64,000 nt of DNA, taken from an uncultured Mycoplasmatota bacterium. GTDB taxonomy: Bacteria; Bacillota_I; Bacilli_A; RF39; UBA660. The notes below the pieces were generated by a model. The model made no database searches. It had not been told where the DNA came from and was given only the letters and a program-made list of their open reading frames with translations. This document shows positions 56,243-64,000 of this stretch, piece after piece. The translations under genes were made by a program, and so were the position numbers. The stretch is taken from contig URFW01000001.1 in the NCBI GenBank assembly GCA_900547225.1, forward strand, positions 49,106 through 113,105, written 5' to 3'. Position 1 is the first letter of the stretch, and every line of letters starts with the position of its first letter.

Positions 56243-57151
56243 ATGAAATTATCTGTTGTAGTACCTTGTTATAATGAAGTAGCAAACGTAAGTGAATTCG
56301 AAAGTGAGTTATCTAAAACGCTTTTAAAAGAAAAAATAACTTACGAAATAATATTTGTAGATGATGGAAGTACGGATGACACTTATAATAAATTATCCTC
56401 ACTTAATAAAGCAAATAAAAACGTAAAAGTAATTAGATTTTCAAGAAATTTTGGAAAAGAATCTGCTATGCTTGCGGGACTTAAAAATGCAAGTGGAAGT
56501 TATGTTGCAATAATGGATGCTGATTTACAGCACACACCAGAAATGCTCATTTTAATGTATAAAAAGTTAATTAATGATGATAGTTTTGATTGCTGCTGTG
56601 CATATAAATCAAACAGGGAAGATGAAGGCTCTTTAAAAAGAACTTTAACTTCATTATTTTATAAAATAAATAATAAAATATCAGACGTTAAATTACTACC
56701 TGGGGCAAGTGACTTTAGGGTGTTTAAAAAGTCAGTTTGTGATGCTATTACATCTCTTGATGAAAAAACAAGATTTCTAAAGGGAATGTTTTCATGGGTA
56801 GGATTTAACACGATATATGTTCCTTACATGCCAGAAAAAAGAATGTATGGAACTTCTAAATGGTCATTATTTAAACTACTTAAGTATTCACTTGGAGGAA
56901 TAATATCGTTTTCAACTAAACCTATAAAATCAGTATTTATAATTGGTGTGCTTGCACTTATAGTTGGATTACTTAACTTTATTTTAATGGGCAATTTAGC
57001 TAATAGAACGATAATTTTATTTATCTCTCTTATTATGTTATCCATTGGCATAATATCGCTTTATGTATCTAGAATATACAGTAATATTTTAAATAGACCT
57101 TGCTATATAATAAAAGAAAAATTAGGATTTAACGATAAAAGTTCAAAGTAA
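56243..57151 (+). CDS. Family 2 glycosyltransferase with C-terminal TM pair (GtrB-like)
   Basis: VVVPCYNE, VDDGSTDDT and MDADLQH, plus two C-terminal TMs. Confidence 0.85.
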   Translation: MKLSVVVPCYNEVANVSEFESELSKTLLKEKITYEIIFVDDGSTDDTYNKLSSLNKANKNVKVIRFSRNFGKESAMLAGLKNASGSYVAIMDADLQHTPEMLILMYKKLINDDSFDCCCAYKSNREDEGSLKRTLTSLFYKINNKISDVKLLPGASDFRVFKKSVCDAITSLDEKTRFLKGMFSWVGFNTIYVPYMPEKRMYGTSKWSLFKLLKYSLGGIISFSTKPIKSVFIIGVLALIVGLLNFILMGNLANRTIILFISLIMLSIGIISLYVSRIYSNILNRPCYIIKEKLGFNDKSSK

Positions 57152-57216
57152 ATGTTAAAAATAGTATTTGGCTGTTTTTCTAATTTATGATAAACTAATG
57201 ATAGTGGTGATTTATT

Positions 57217-58344
57217 ATGCAAAATGAAATATTTGAAGTATTAAAAATAGTTGTTATAGTAGCAGTCTTTACGGCACTACTTTTTCCAATGGTAAAATGG
57301 ATTAGTTATCACGTTGGAGCACTTGATTATCCAAATGAAAGAAAGGTTCATAAAAAACCAATGCCAGTTATGGGTGGTCTTATGATATACCTAGGTTTCT
57401 TGTTTGGATATATGCTTTTTGCACCTCAAAGTACTCAGATGTTAGCTATTTTAATAGCAAGCTTTATAGTGGTAATAACCGGAATACTAGACGTTATAAA
57501 GCCTCTTCGTGCAAGAGAAAAATTAGTAGGTCAGGTAGTTGCAGCTTTAATAATAGTTTTTTATGGAAAGATACTTTTAAATGATATATCATTTTTTGGA
57601 TATTATTTTGACTTTGGATGGCTTGCTTATCCAATTACAATAGTGTTTATTGTAGCTGTTATGAATTGTATTAACTTAATAGATGGTTTAGATGGACTAG
57701 CAGATGGTATATCAATGATATTCTTTATAACGATAGGGGTTTTAGCATTTATTATGCATAACTTAGGAAGCCTTGAAATTACTATTGCCTTTATTATGAT
57801 AGGAGCTTGTCTTGGATTTTTAATATTTAACTTTAATCCTGCTAAAATATTTATGGGTGAGATAGGTTCTATGTTTTTAGGATTTATGATAGCGGTTGTT
57901 TGTCTTTTAGGATTTAAGGCGGTAACCCTTACATCACTTGTTGTTCCAATGCTTATTTTGGCAATTCCGATACTCGATACTTTATTTGCAATCCTAAGAA
58001 GAATTATTCATCATAAGCCAATATATGAAGCAGACAGGCAGCATCTTCATCATCAACTTTTAAATAAGAAATTCTCACAGAAAACAACCGTTTTAATAAT
58101 ATATGCGGTAAGTATTTTGTTTTCTTCAGCATCCGTTTTTTATGTATTAAAAGATAGAAAAATAGGCGCAATAATATACATCATTTTAGTGCTTCTTATA
58201 ACCTGGGTCGTTTTAGCGACTAACATAGTTACTGATAACGCAAAGTTAAATTTAAAGAAAATACATTTTCCAGTAAAGAAAAAAGACAACGTAAAAAAGA
58301 AAACTTTAAACAAAAAGAAAAAGGTAAATAAGGCCAAGAAATAA
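57217..58344 (+). CDS. tagO: Undecaprenyl-phosphate N-acetylhexosamine-1-phosphate transferase (WecA/TagO family)
   Basis: MraY/WecA motifs NLIDGLDGLA and HHQL, a polytopic profile and a Lys-rich tail. Confidence 0.85.
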   Translation: MQNEIFEVLKIVVIVAVFTALLFPMVKWISYHVGALDYPNERKVHKKPMPVMGGLMIYLGFLFGYMLFAPQSTQMLAILIASFIVVITGILDVIKPLRAREKLVGQVVAALIIVFYGKILLNDISFFGYYFDFGWLAYPITIVFIVAVMNCINLIDGLDGLADGISMIFFITIGVLAFIMHNLGSLEITIAFIMIGACLGFLIFNFNPAKIFMGEIGSMFLGFMIAVVCLLGFKAVTLTSLVVPMLILAIPILDTLFAILRRIIHHKPIYEADRQHLHHQLLNKKFSQKTTVLIIYAVSILFSSASVFYVLKDRKIGAIIYIILVLLITWVVLATNIVTDNAKLNLKKIHFPVKKKDNVKKKTLNKKKKVNKAKK

Positions 58345-58418
58345 TTACTTGGTCTTTTTCATTTGACTTTTATACTGAGTTTTTGTTATTATATATTCTA
58401 CTTATTGGAGGAAATTAT

Positions 58419-58874
58419 ATGAGATCAAAAATCGAAGAAAGTTGTAGAATATTAGGACTTGATAGTACTTATAGTTTTTCACAGTTAGTTAGTGCATACG
58501 TTAGAGTTTGTGCTTTAAAAGATGAAATTCCAGGACGTTATAAAAATGCTTTTTATATTCTTTATGAACATATTATTAATTTAACAACCGATCAAGGTAT
58601 AATTAAAGAAATTATGTCACAAACTAAGTCCATTTCCCAAATGTCAGAAGAGTCTAGTTCAGAAAGATCAATGCTAAATGCTAGATTAAGAAACTTTTTA
58701 TTAATCTATGATATAGAAAATGGTTTAGAAGAGCCAGAACAAAGATTGAATAGAATAAAAGAAAATTTGAGAAACGCACCATTTGATTATGAGAATTATC
58801 CAAAAGAAACCCTTAGATTATGGGAGTTATATAGTGCGTATAAGGATGGATCAAGTATTATTAAATCAAAATAA
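58419..58874 (+). CDS. Hypothetical cytoplasmic protein
   Basis: ATG 58419 follows GGAGGAA. No motif recognised. Confidence 0.45.
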   Translation: MRSKIEESCRILGLDSTYSFSQLVSAYVRVCALKDEIPGRYKNAFYILYEHIINLTTDQGIIKEIMSQTKSISQMSEESSSERSMLNARLRNFLLIYDIENGLEEPEQRLNRIKENLRNAPFDYENYPKETLRLWELYSAYKDGSSIIKSK

Positions 58875-58946
58875 ATGGGTTAATGTTCATCAAAAGTTGC
58901 ACATTAACTTTTTTTTGTGGTATTATTAATAATAGGAGGAATTCTT

Positions 58947-59519
58947 ATGAACGGTAATGGCAAAATAAAATTTTATGGTATGGATGGTAGTTCATTAATT
59001 GATATTGAAAATAATTCCACTGAAAAATTAGATGACTTAAAAGAAGTTAAAACATCTGAAAATTTTAATAGAGCATTAAAATCAGTGATGGAAAAAGATA
59101 TAAATATTTTAAAATCCAAATTAACTAGTACAATAAAAGACATAAAAAAAAGATGTGCTAAGTGTGATTACTTTGATTTAGATCAAATAGATGATAATAT
59201 AAAAAGTATTGAATTTATAATAACACAAGTAGAAAATATAATAAGTGATTTAATAATAAAAAAGGATGGAATAAAAGTTGGTTTATTTTCATCTAATAAA
59301 AAGGCAAAAAAAGACCAAATAAAAAAGTTGGAAGATACTATAATTTATATTTCCAATAGACAAAATGAAATAATAGGTATAAAAAATGAATATGATAAAT
59401 TAATCAGTAGAAATGAAAACATAACTGGTTTGGACTTCGAGGAAGTTAATGAGAAAAAAGAAGAGAAGGAAGATCCTTTAGAAAGAACAATAAATTTTTA
59501 CATGGCAAAGCAAGGCTGA
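58947..59519 (+). CDS. Hypothetical coiled-coil protein
   Basis: ATG 58947 follows TAGGAGGA. Lys/Glu/Ile-rich heptad-like sequence. Confidence 0.45.
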   Translation: MNGNGKIKFYGMDGSSLIDIENNSTEKLDDLKEVKTSENFNRALKSVMEKDINILKSKLTSTIKDIKKRCAKCDYFDLDQIDDNIKSIEFIITQVENIISDLIIKKDGIKVGLFSSNKKAKKDQIKKLEDTIIYISNRQNEIIGIKNEYDKLISRNENITGLDFEEVNEKKEEKEDPLERTINFYMAKQG

Positions 59520-59553
59520 TGCTTTGCTTTATATTTAAGAAAGCAGGATAATT

Positions 59554-60567
59554 ATGAAAGTACTTTTATATACTGAAAATGAAAAAATGATTGGAAAATC
59601 TGGACTTGGTAAAGCAATAAAACATCAAATGAAGGCACTTTCTTATGCAGGGGTACCTTACACAACTAATCCTTCTGATGACTATGATATACTTCATATT
59701 AATACTTATTTTCCGAAGTCATATAGACTTGCTAAAAAAGCTAAAAAACGTGGTAAAAAAATAGTTTATCACGCCCATTCAACTGAAGAAGATTATAAAA
59801 ATGGTTTCATTTTAGCAAATAAGACGTCTAAGTTATTTAAAAAATGGTTAATTAAATGTTATAGTCTAGGTGATGTTATAGTAACACCAACACCTTATTC
59901 TAAAAGACTCTTAAAAGGCTATAAGGGGCTTACTGATAAGAAAATAGTAGATGTATCAAATGGTATAGAATTAGATTTCTTTAAGGAAGATAAGCATCTT
60001 AAAAATGAGTTTAGAAAAAAGTATGGTTATAAAGATACTGATAAAGTTATTTTTGGAATAGGCCTTTACATCGAAAGAAAGGGAATAGTAGACTTTGTTG
60101 AACTAGCTAAAAGAATGAAAGAGTATAAATTTATTTGGTTTGGATATAGTCCTCTTGCAGCAGCAACTAAACCAGTAAAAAAAGCTGTTCATACAAAGCT
60201 TGATAATTTAACGTTTGCAGGCTACGTAGAACCATCTATGATTAAATCAGCAATGAACGGAGCGGACTTATTTTTATTCCCAACTCTTGAAGAGACAGAA
60301 GGAATTCCTATAATAGAAGCTTGTGCATGTAAGTGTGATGCTATTATAAGAGATATTCCTATATTTGATGGTTGGCTTAAAGATGGTAAAAACGTATATA
60401 AAGCAAAAGACGTAGATGAATTTGAAAGAAAGATAAGACTTTTCTTTGATGGTAAACTTAAGAGTTTAGCATCAAACTCATATGAAGTTGCAGAAGAAAG
60501 AGATTTAAAAAACATAGGAAATAAATTAAAAAACATATATGAAGAAGTAATGCACTCTAGCAAATAA
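59554..60567 (+). CDS. Family 4 (GT-B) glycosyltransferase
   Basis: FPTLEETEGIPIIEACAC (EX7E region). Confidence 0.8.
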   Translation: MKVLLYTENEKMIGKSGLGKAIKHQMKALSYAGVPYTTNPSDDYDILHINTYFPKSYRLAKKAKKRGKKIVYHAHSTEEDYKNGFILANKTSKLFKKWLIKCYSLGDVIVTPTPYSKRLLKGYKGLTDKKIVDVSNGIELDFFKEDKHLKNEFRKKYGYKDTDKVIFGIGLYIERKGIVDFVELAKRMKEYKFIWFGYSPLAAATKPVKKAVHTKLDNLTFAGYVEPSMIKSAMNGADLFLFPTLEETEGIPIIEACACKCDAIIRDIPIFDGWLKDGKNVYKAKDVDEFERKIRLFFDGKLKSLASNSYEVAEERDLKNIGNKLKNIYEEVMHSSK

Positions 60568-60617
60568 TAGAGTGTTTTTTTTGTAAAAAGATAAAAAAAT
60601 GATTTTTTTTAATCATT

Positions 60618-60663
60618 TTAGGGGGATTTTTTAAAAAGTGTCTAACTATAAATATGAAAGGAG
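60618..60663 (+). repeat. Copy C of the ~46-nt element, here forming the 5' UTR/SD of the ORF6N gene
   Basis: TTAGGGGGATTTTTTAAAAAGTGTCTAACTATAAATATGAAAGGAG, with 41 of 48 aligned columns matching copy B. Confidence 0.55.
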
Positions 60664-60667
60664 ATTT

Positions 60668-61928
60668 ATGATAGAGGAACAAATAGATATAAAAAATTTA
60701 ATATATGAAGTAGGTGGTAAAGAAGTAATGTTAGATAGTGATTTGGCATACCTATTAGGATATAAGAATGGAACTAAAGATTTAAATAAAATGGTAAAGA
60801 GAAATATTGATAAGTTTGATGATAAATTTTATTTTAGAATATCAAAAGATGATTATGACAAATTACTGAAAAATTATAGTTTGCGGTTCCAAAAAGAAAA
60901 CACAAATAAAAGAAGATTCTCGCCATATGTATTTACAAAAAAAGGTGTAGAAACACTGCTTAAGTTAATTAAAAATAAAAATATTATGGTAAATAAAGAA
61001 GACGTAATAAAGGCTTTTGATAAAGAAAATAAATATTCTCGAAATCCAGTAAATATAAGAGATTTGATATATGAGATAGATGGTAAAGAAGTAATGTTAG
61101 ACAGTGATTTAGCATATCTTTATGGATGTAAAAATGGTACTAAAGAAATCAATCAGGCGGTTAAAAATAATCCTGAAAAATTTCCTGAAAGATATTGTTT
61201 TAAAGTTCCTAAAGCGATAAACAATTTTAATTTGCGGTCAAAAATTTTGACCACAAATAATATGAATAGAAGTGTACCAACTTTATTTACAGAGCAGGGA
61301 ATATATATGTTAGCAACTATTCTTAAAACCAAAAAAGCGGGCAGAAGCCACAATAAGAATAATGGATACCTTTGTTAACATGAGAAAACTTATAAATCAA
61401 AACAAGGACATACTTAAAAGAATGATATCATACGAGAACAAAAACGATTATATAGAAAAAGCATTAAAAGAACAAAAAAATAGGATAGATGAACTATTTA
61501 ATAAATTCGAGAGAAAAGAAAGCGTTAAAAGCAAATTGTTTTTTAACGGACAAATATATGATTCATATAGTCTTTTAGTGGATATAATAACATCTTCAAA
61601 AGAAAATATGATTATAATAGATAACTATGTAGATAAAGTAGTATTAGATATATTATCAAAGAAAAATGATGGTGTAAATGTAACCATAGTAACAGACAAA
61701 AACAAATGTAGATTAACTAATACGGATTTATTTAAGTTTAATAAAGAGTACCCAAAACTAGTAGTTATTTATGATAATACATTTCATGATAGGTTTATAA
61801 TAATAGATGATAAAGACTTATATCATATAGGATCATCACTAAAAGATGTAGGATGTAAGACTTTTGCGATAAATAAAATAGAAGATAAAAGGATACTTGT
61901 AAGTTTATTAGAAAACTATAATAAATAA
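60668..61928 (+). pseudogene. Tandem ORF6N (KilA-N-like) domain protein with conserved C-terminal HDRF...GSSLKD domain, split by a +1 frameshift
   Basis: Two ORF6N repeats (IYEVGGKEVMLDSDLAYLLG... and IYEIDGKEVMLDSDLAYLYG...). Removing one G from GCGGGC (61337-61342) joins ...ILKTKKA to AEATIRIMDTFVNMRK... of the 61362-61928 ORF. Confidence 0.65.
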
Positions 61929-61957
61929 AAACAAGTATTTTCACTTTTTATAATTAA

Positions 61958-62000
61958 ATCTATTAAATACAATATTTAGTATTCACAAAAATATAATAAA
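61958..62000. repeat. Direct repeat R1 (decayed copy of the 3' part of the small ORF at 62182-62331)
   Basis: 36 of 43 positions identical to 62217-62259 by hand alignment. Confidence 0.5.
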
Positions 62001-62181
62001 CATATAAATTCAGAAAGTTTTATTCAAACTCTTAACGATTATTATGATTTATGATACTTTTTATATCGATTAGTACTCAGGAAACTTTCGAAGCTCTGGG
62101 TCGTTTTTTATTAAAGATGATATTCCATGAGAAATTTAATATCAAAAGTTTATTATGATAAGTTATCTAAAAGATATTGTT

Positions 62182-62331
62182 TTACCTTTTACAATTATTA
62201 TTGCAATTACAATTACATCCATTAAATATAACACTTAGTATCCAAAATAATATAATAAATGGTAGGAATATAATAAACAGTATTATGAATAATGGTAAAA
62301 AAATTAAAAATAATAGGAATAAACACCACAT
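62182..62331 (-). CDS. Possible 49-aa hydrophobic peptide with Cys-rich tail: MWCLFLLFLIFLPLFIILFIIFLPFIILFWILSVIFNGCNCNCNNNCKR
   Basis: Minus-strand ORF below the track cut-off. AAAGGATGTGA lies upstream of the ATG. Located in an otherwise ORF-free 500-nt spacer. AT-rich DNA makes chance ORFs likely. Confidence 0.25.
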   Translation of the reverse strand: MWCLFLLFLIFLPLFIILFIIFLPFIILFWILSVIFNGCNCNCNNNCKR

Positions 62332-62445
62332 ATTTTTCACATCCTTTAATTATTAAGATGCAAATAAAATAATAATAGTAATAGCAACTATACCAATTAT
62401 TTGATATTTATGTTATACTCTAAATAGTCGTTTGGAGGTAATAAA

Positions 62446-63153
62446 ATGGATTATAAGATTCCTAATCACGTTGCAATTATAATGGATGGTAATGGAAGAT
62501 GGGCACAAAAAAGAGGATTAAAACGTACTAAAGGACATCAAAGGGGTGCTAAAGTCCTAAAAAAGATATCTGAGTATGTTTATGATAAAAAAATAAAAGT
62601 ATTAAGTGTTTTTGCTTTTTCAACAGAAAACTGGAAAAGAGATAAAGAAGAAGTAGATTATTTAATGGATTTATTTATAAAAGTATTTAAGGATAACTTT
62701 AAATCGATAAAAGAAAAAGGCGTTAAAATAGTTTTTTCAGGTCTTAAAACAAAACTTAATGATAAGGTATTAAAAGAAATGGAAAAGATGACTGAAGAAA
62801 CTAAAAATAATAAAAACGGAGTATTTAACATCTGTTTAAATTATGGTGGTCAAGATGAAATAGTAGAAGCTACTAAAAAAATAGTAAGTGATGTAAAAGA
62901 AGGTAAAATAAAAATTGATGATATAAATAAAGATATGTATAACAGTTATTTATTTAATGATTTACCACCAATAGATTTAATGATAAGAACTAGTGGTGAA
63001 TTTAGAATAAGTAACTTTATGTTATGGCAAATGGCGTATGCAGAACTTTATTTTACAGACGTTTTATGGCCTGATTTTGATGAAAAAGAACTAGATAAAG
63101 CAATTGATTCATTTAATAAAAGAGACAGAAGATTTGGAGGAGTAAAGAAGTAG
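62446..63153 (+). CDS. uppS: Undecaprenyl diphosphate synthase
   Basis: HVAIIMDGNGRWA, FSTENW, RTSGE.R.SNF.LWQ motifs. Confidence 0.95.
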   Translation: MDYKIPNHVAIIMDGNGRWAQKRGLKRTKGHQRGAKVLKKISEYVYDKKIKVLSVFAFSTENWKRDKEEVDYLMDLFIKVFKDNFKSIKEKGVKIVFSGLKTKLNDKVLKEMEKMTEETKNNKNGVFNICLNYGGQDEIVEATKKIVSDVKEGKIKIDDINKDMYNSYLFNDLPPIDLMIRTSGEFRISNFMLWQMAYAELYFTDVLWPDFDEKELDKAIDSFNKRDRRFGGVKK

Positions 63154-63201
63154 ATATGCTTCTTTTTCTTTACATAAAAAAAGTAGAAACATATTTTGTT
63201 T

Positions 63202-63621
63202 CTACTTAATGTAACCATTAGTTTTAAATCTTTCTATGGTATCTTCCTTACTTGTTTCTCCAACTATTCTGTTTAATGTTGTTTCTTCTTCACCATTTGT
63301 TATAAATGCAATTGTAGGAGTACCAGATATACTTATATACTCATTAAATTCATTGTATTCCTTTTTACTCAATTTGCTATTATCTAAGTGATATATAGTT
63401 ATTTTATATTCTTTTAAAACACTTTTTAAAGTAGGTAAGTAAGATATGCAGTGTGAGCAGTTTTCATTACCAACATAAAGAGCAAAAGTCTCTTTATTAG
63501 CCATTTTCTCTTTAAAATCATCAAGAGATATTTCTTTCATGTATTTATCACTTGATGTACATCCTGTTAATAATATTACTAACGTAAATATAAGTACTAT
63601 ACTTTTAAAAATTCTTTTCAT
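63202..63621 (-). CDS. Thioredoxin-fold lipoprotein
   Basis: Lipobox LLTGC and a CSHC redox motif. ATG 63621 follows AGGTGA; the track start 63648 is upstream. Confidence 0.75.
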   Translation of the reverse strand: MKRIFKSIVLIFTLVILLTGCTSSDKYMKEISLDDFKEKMANKETFALYVGNENCSHCISYLPTLKSVLKEYKITIYHLDNSKLSKKEYNEFNEYISISGTPTIAFITNGEEETTLNRIVGETSKEDTIERFKTNGYIK

Positions 63622-63773
63622 AAAAATCACCTGTAATAATTTTATCACTTATTTTTTTATTTAACAATAAAAATGTTTTGTATTAGTCGTTTTGTGTCTA
63701 TATTTGTCTAATAAAAAATATCATAATTGACTTTATTAAATATTTTATATATATTCATATTAGGAGTATTTAT

Positions 63774-64000
63774 ATGATAATAGAAGAAAAAGATAGAAAA
63801 AACAAATATAAAAAGTTCAAAAAATACATTGACAATAAGGATGCTATAATAGAAACAGATCCAATAAACGAATTAGAAGAAGCATTTATAAAAGCATTTA
63901 ACGAAAAAGAAGTAAAAAAGAGGTATGAGTTCATATATGATTATATGTGTAAATACCTAGATAATAATGTATGCGTTTTATGTGATTTTAAAAATGATAA
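63774..64000 (+). CDS. Hypothetical protein, N-terminal fragment (runs off the window)
   Basis: ATG after TAGGAG. MIIEEKDRKNKYKKF...YMCKYLDNNVCVLCDFKNDK is open to the window end. Confidence 0.35.
   Translation, partial: MIIEEKDRKNKYKKFKKYIDNKDAIIETDPINELEEAFIKAFNEKEVKKRYEFIYDYMCKYLDNNVCVLCDFKND

Noticed and set aside
1-64000. CRISPR arrays, tRNA or rRNA genes, IS elements with transposases, and integrases.
   Set aside because: Reading both strands showed no regularly spaced direct repeats, no cloverleaf-like tRNA sequences, no rRNA signatures, and no transposase or recombinase motifs in any ORF.

Overview
A very AT-rich Bacillota (Firmicutes) chromosomal segment; the genus cannot be resolved from sequence alone. 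The backbone is housekeeping and cell-envelope genes. These include rfbD/rfbB, GT2 plus GtrA, hup, cca, dnaD-like, ponA-recU, gpsB, a B-type RNase P RNA, a rodZ-like gene, pgsA and recA with a Cheo-like box. They also include ligA, T-box-controlled tyrS, an ABC-2 transporter, a GGDEF-like protein, YihY, ltaS, an LCP protein and an O-antigen-ligase-like protein. A secondary cell-wall polymer locus (Alg14/Alg13-like, GT4, GT2, tagO, GT4), uppS and a thioredoxin-like lipoprotein complete it. Accessory material is interleaved with this backbone. First, a thioester-domain LPNTG adhesin sits with its own sortase. Second, there are two paralogous DUF1016/YhcG PDDEXK nucleases. Third, two blocks of GNAT, NUDIX, CYTH, Ham1, HD and ASCH-cytidine-deaminase genes occupy 21.9-27.3 kb and 33.4-37.2 kb. 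Fourth, a dockerin-bearing GH73-like hydrolase lies next to a membrane-anchored partner. Fifth, there is a frameshifted tandem-ORF6N gene. The most interesting feature is an unannotated 30-codon ORF at 27570-27662. Its C-terminus, SKGDGWQSK, carries the streptide-type KGDGW Lys-Trp crosslink motif. It is followed by a radical-SAM/SPASM enzyme, a PEP-utilising (ATP-grasp plus swivel-His) enzyme and an S51 peptidase. No strC-like exporter or Rgg/SHP regulator is present. This is a candidate new RiPP architecture. A second notable item is a strongly SD-preceded uORF with six consecutive Tyr codons. It lies between the tyrS T-box terminator and tyrS and overlaps the tyrS start. No rRNA, tRNA, CRISPR array or intact transposase or integrase was seen. 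All calls come from reading the sequence and the ORF track; no searches were run.
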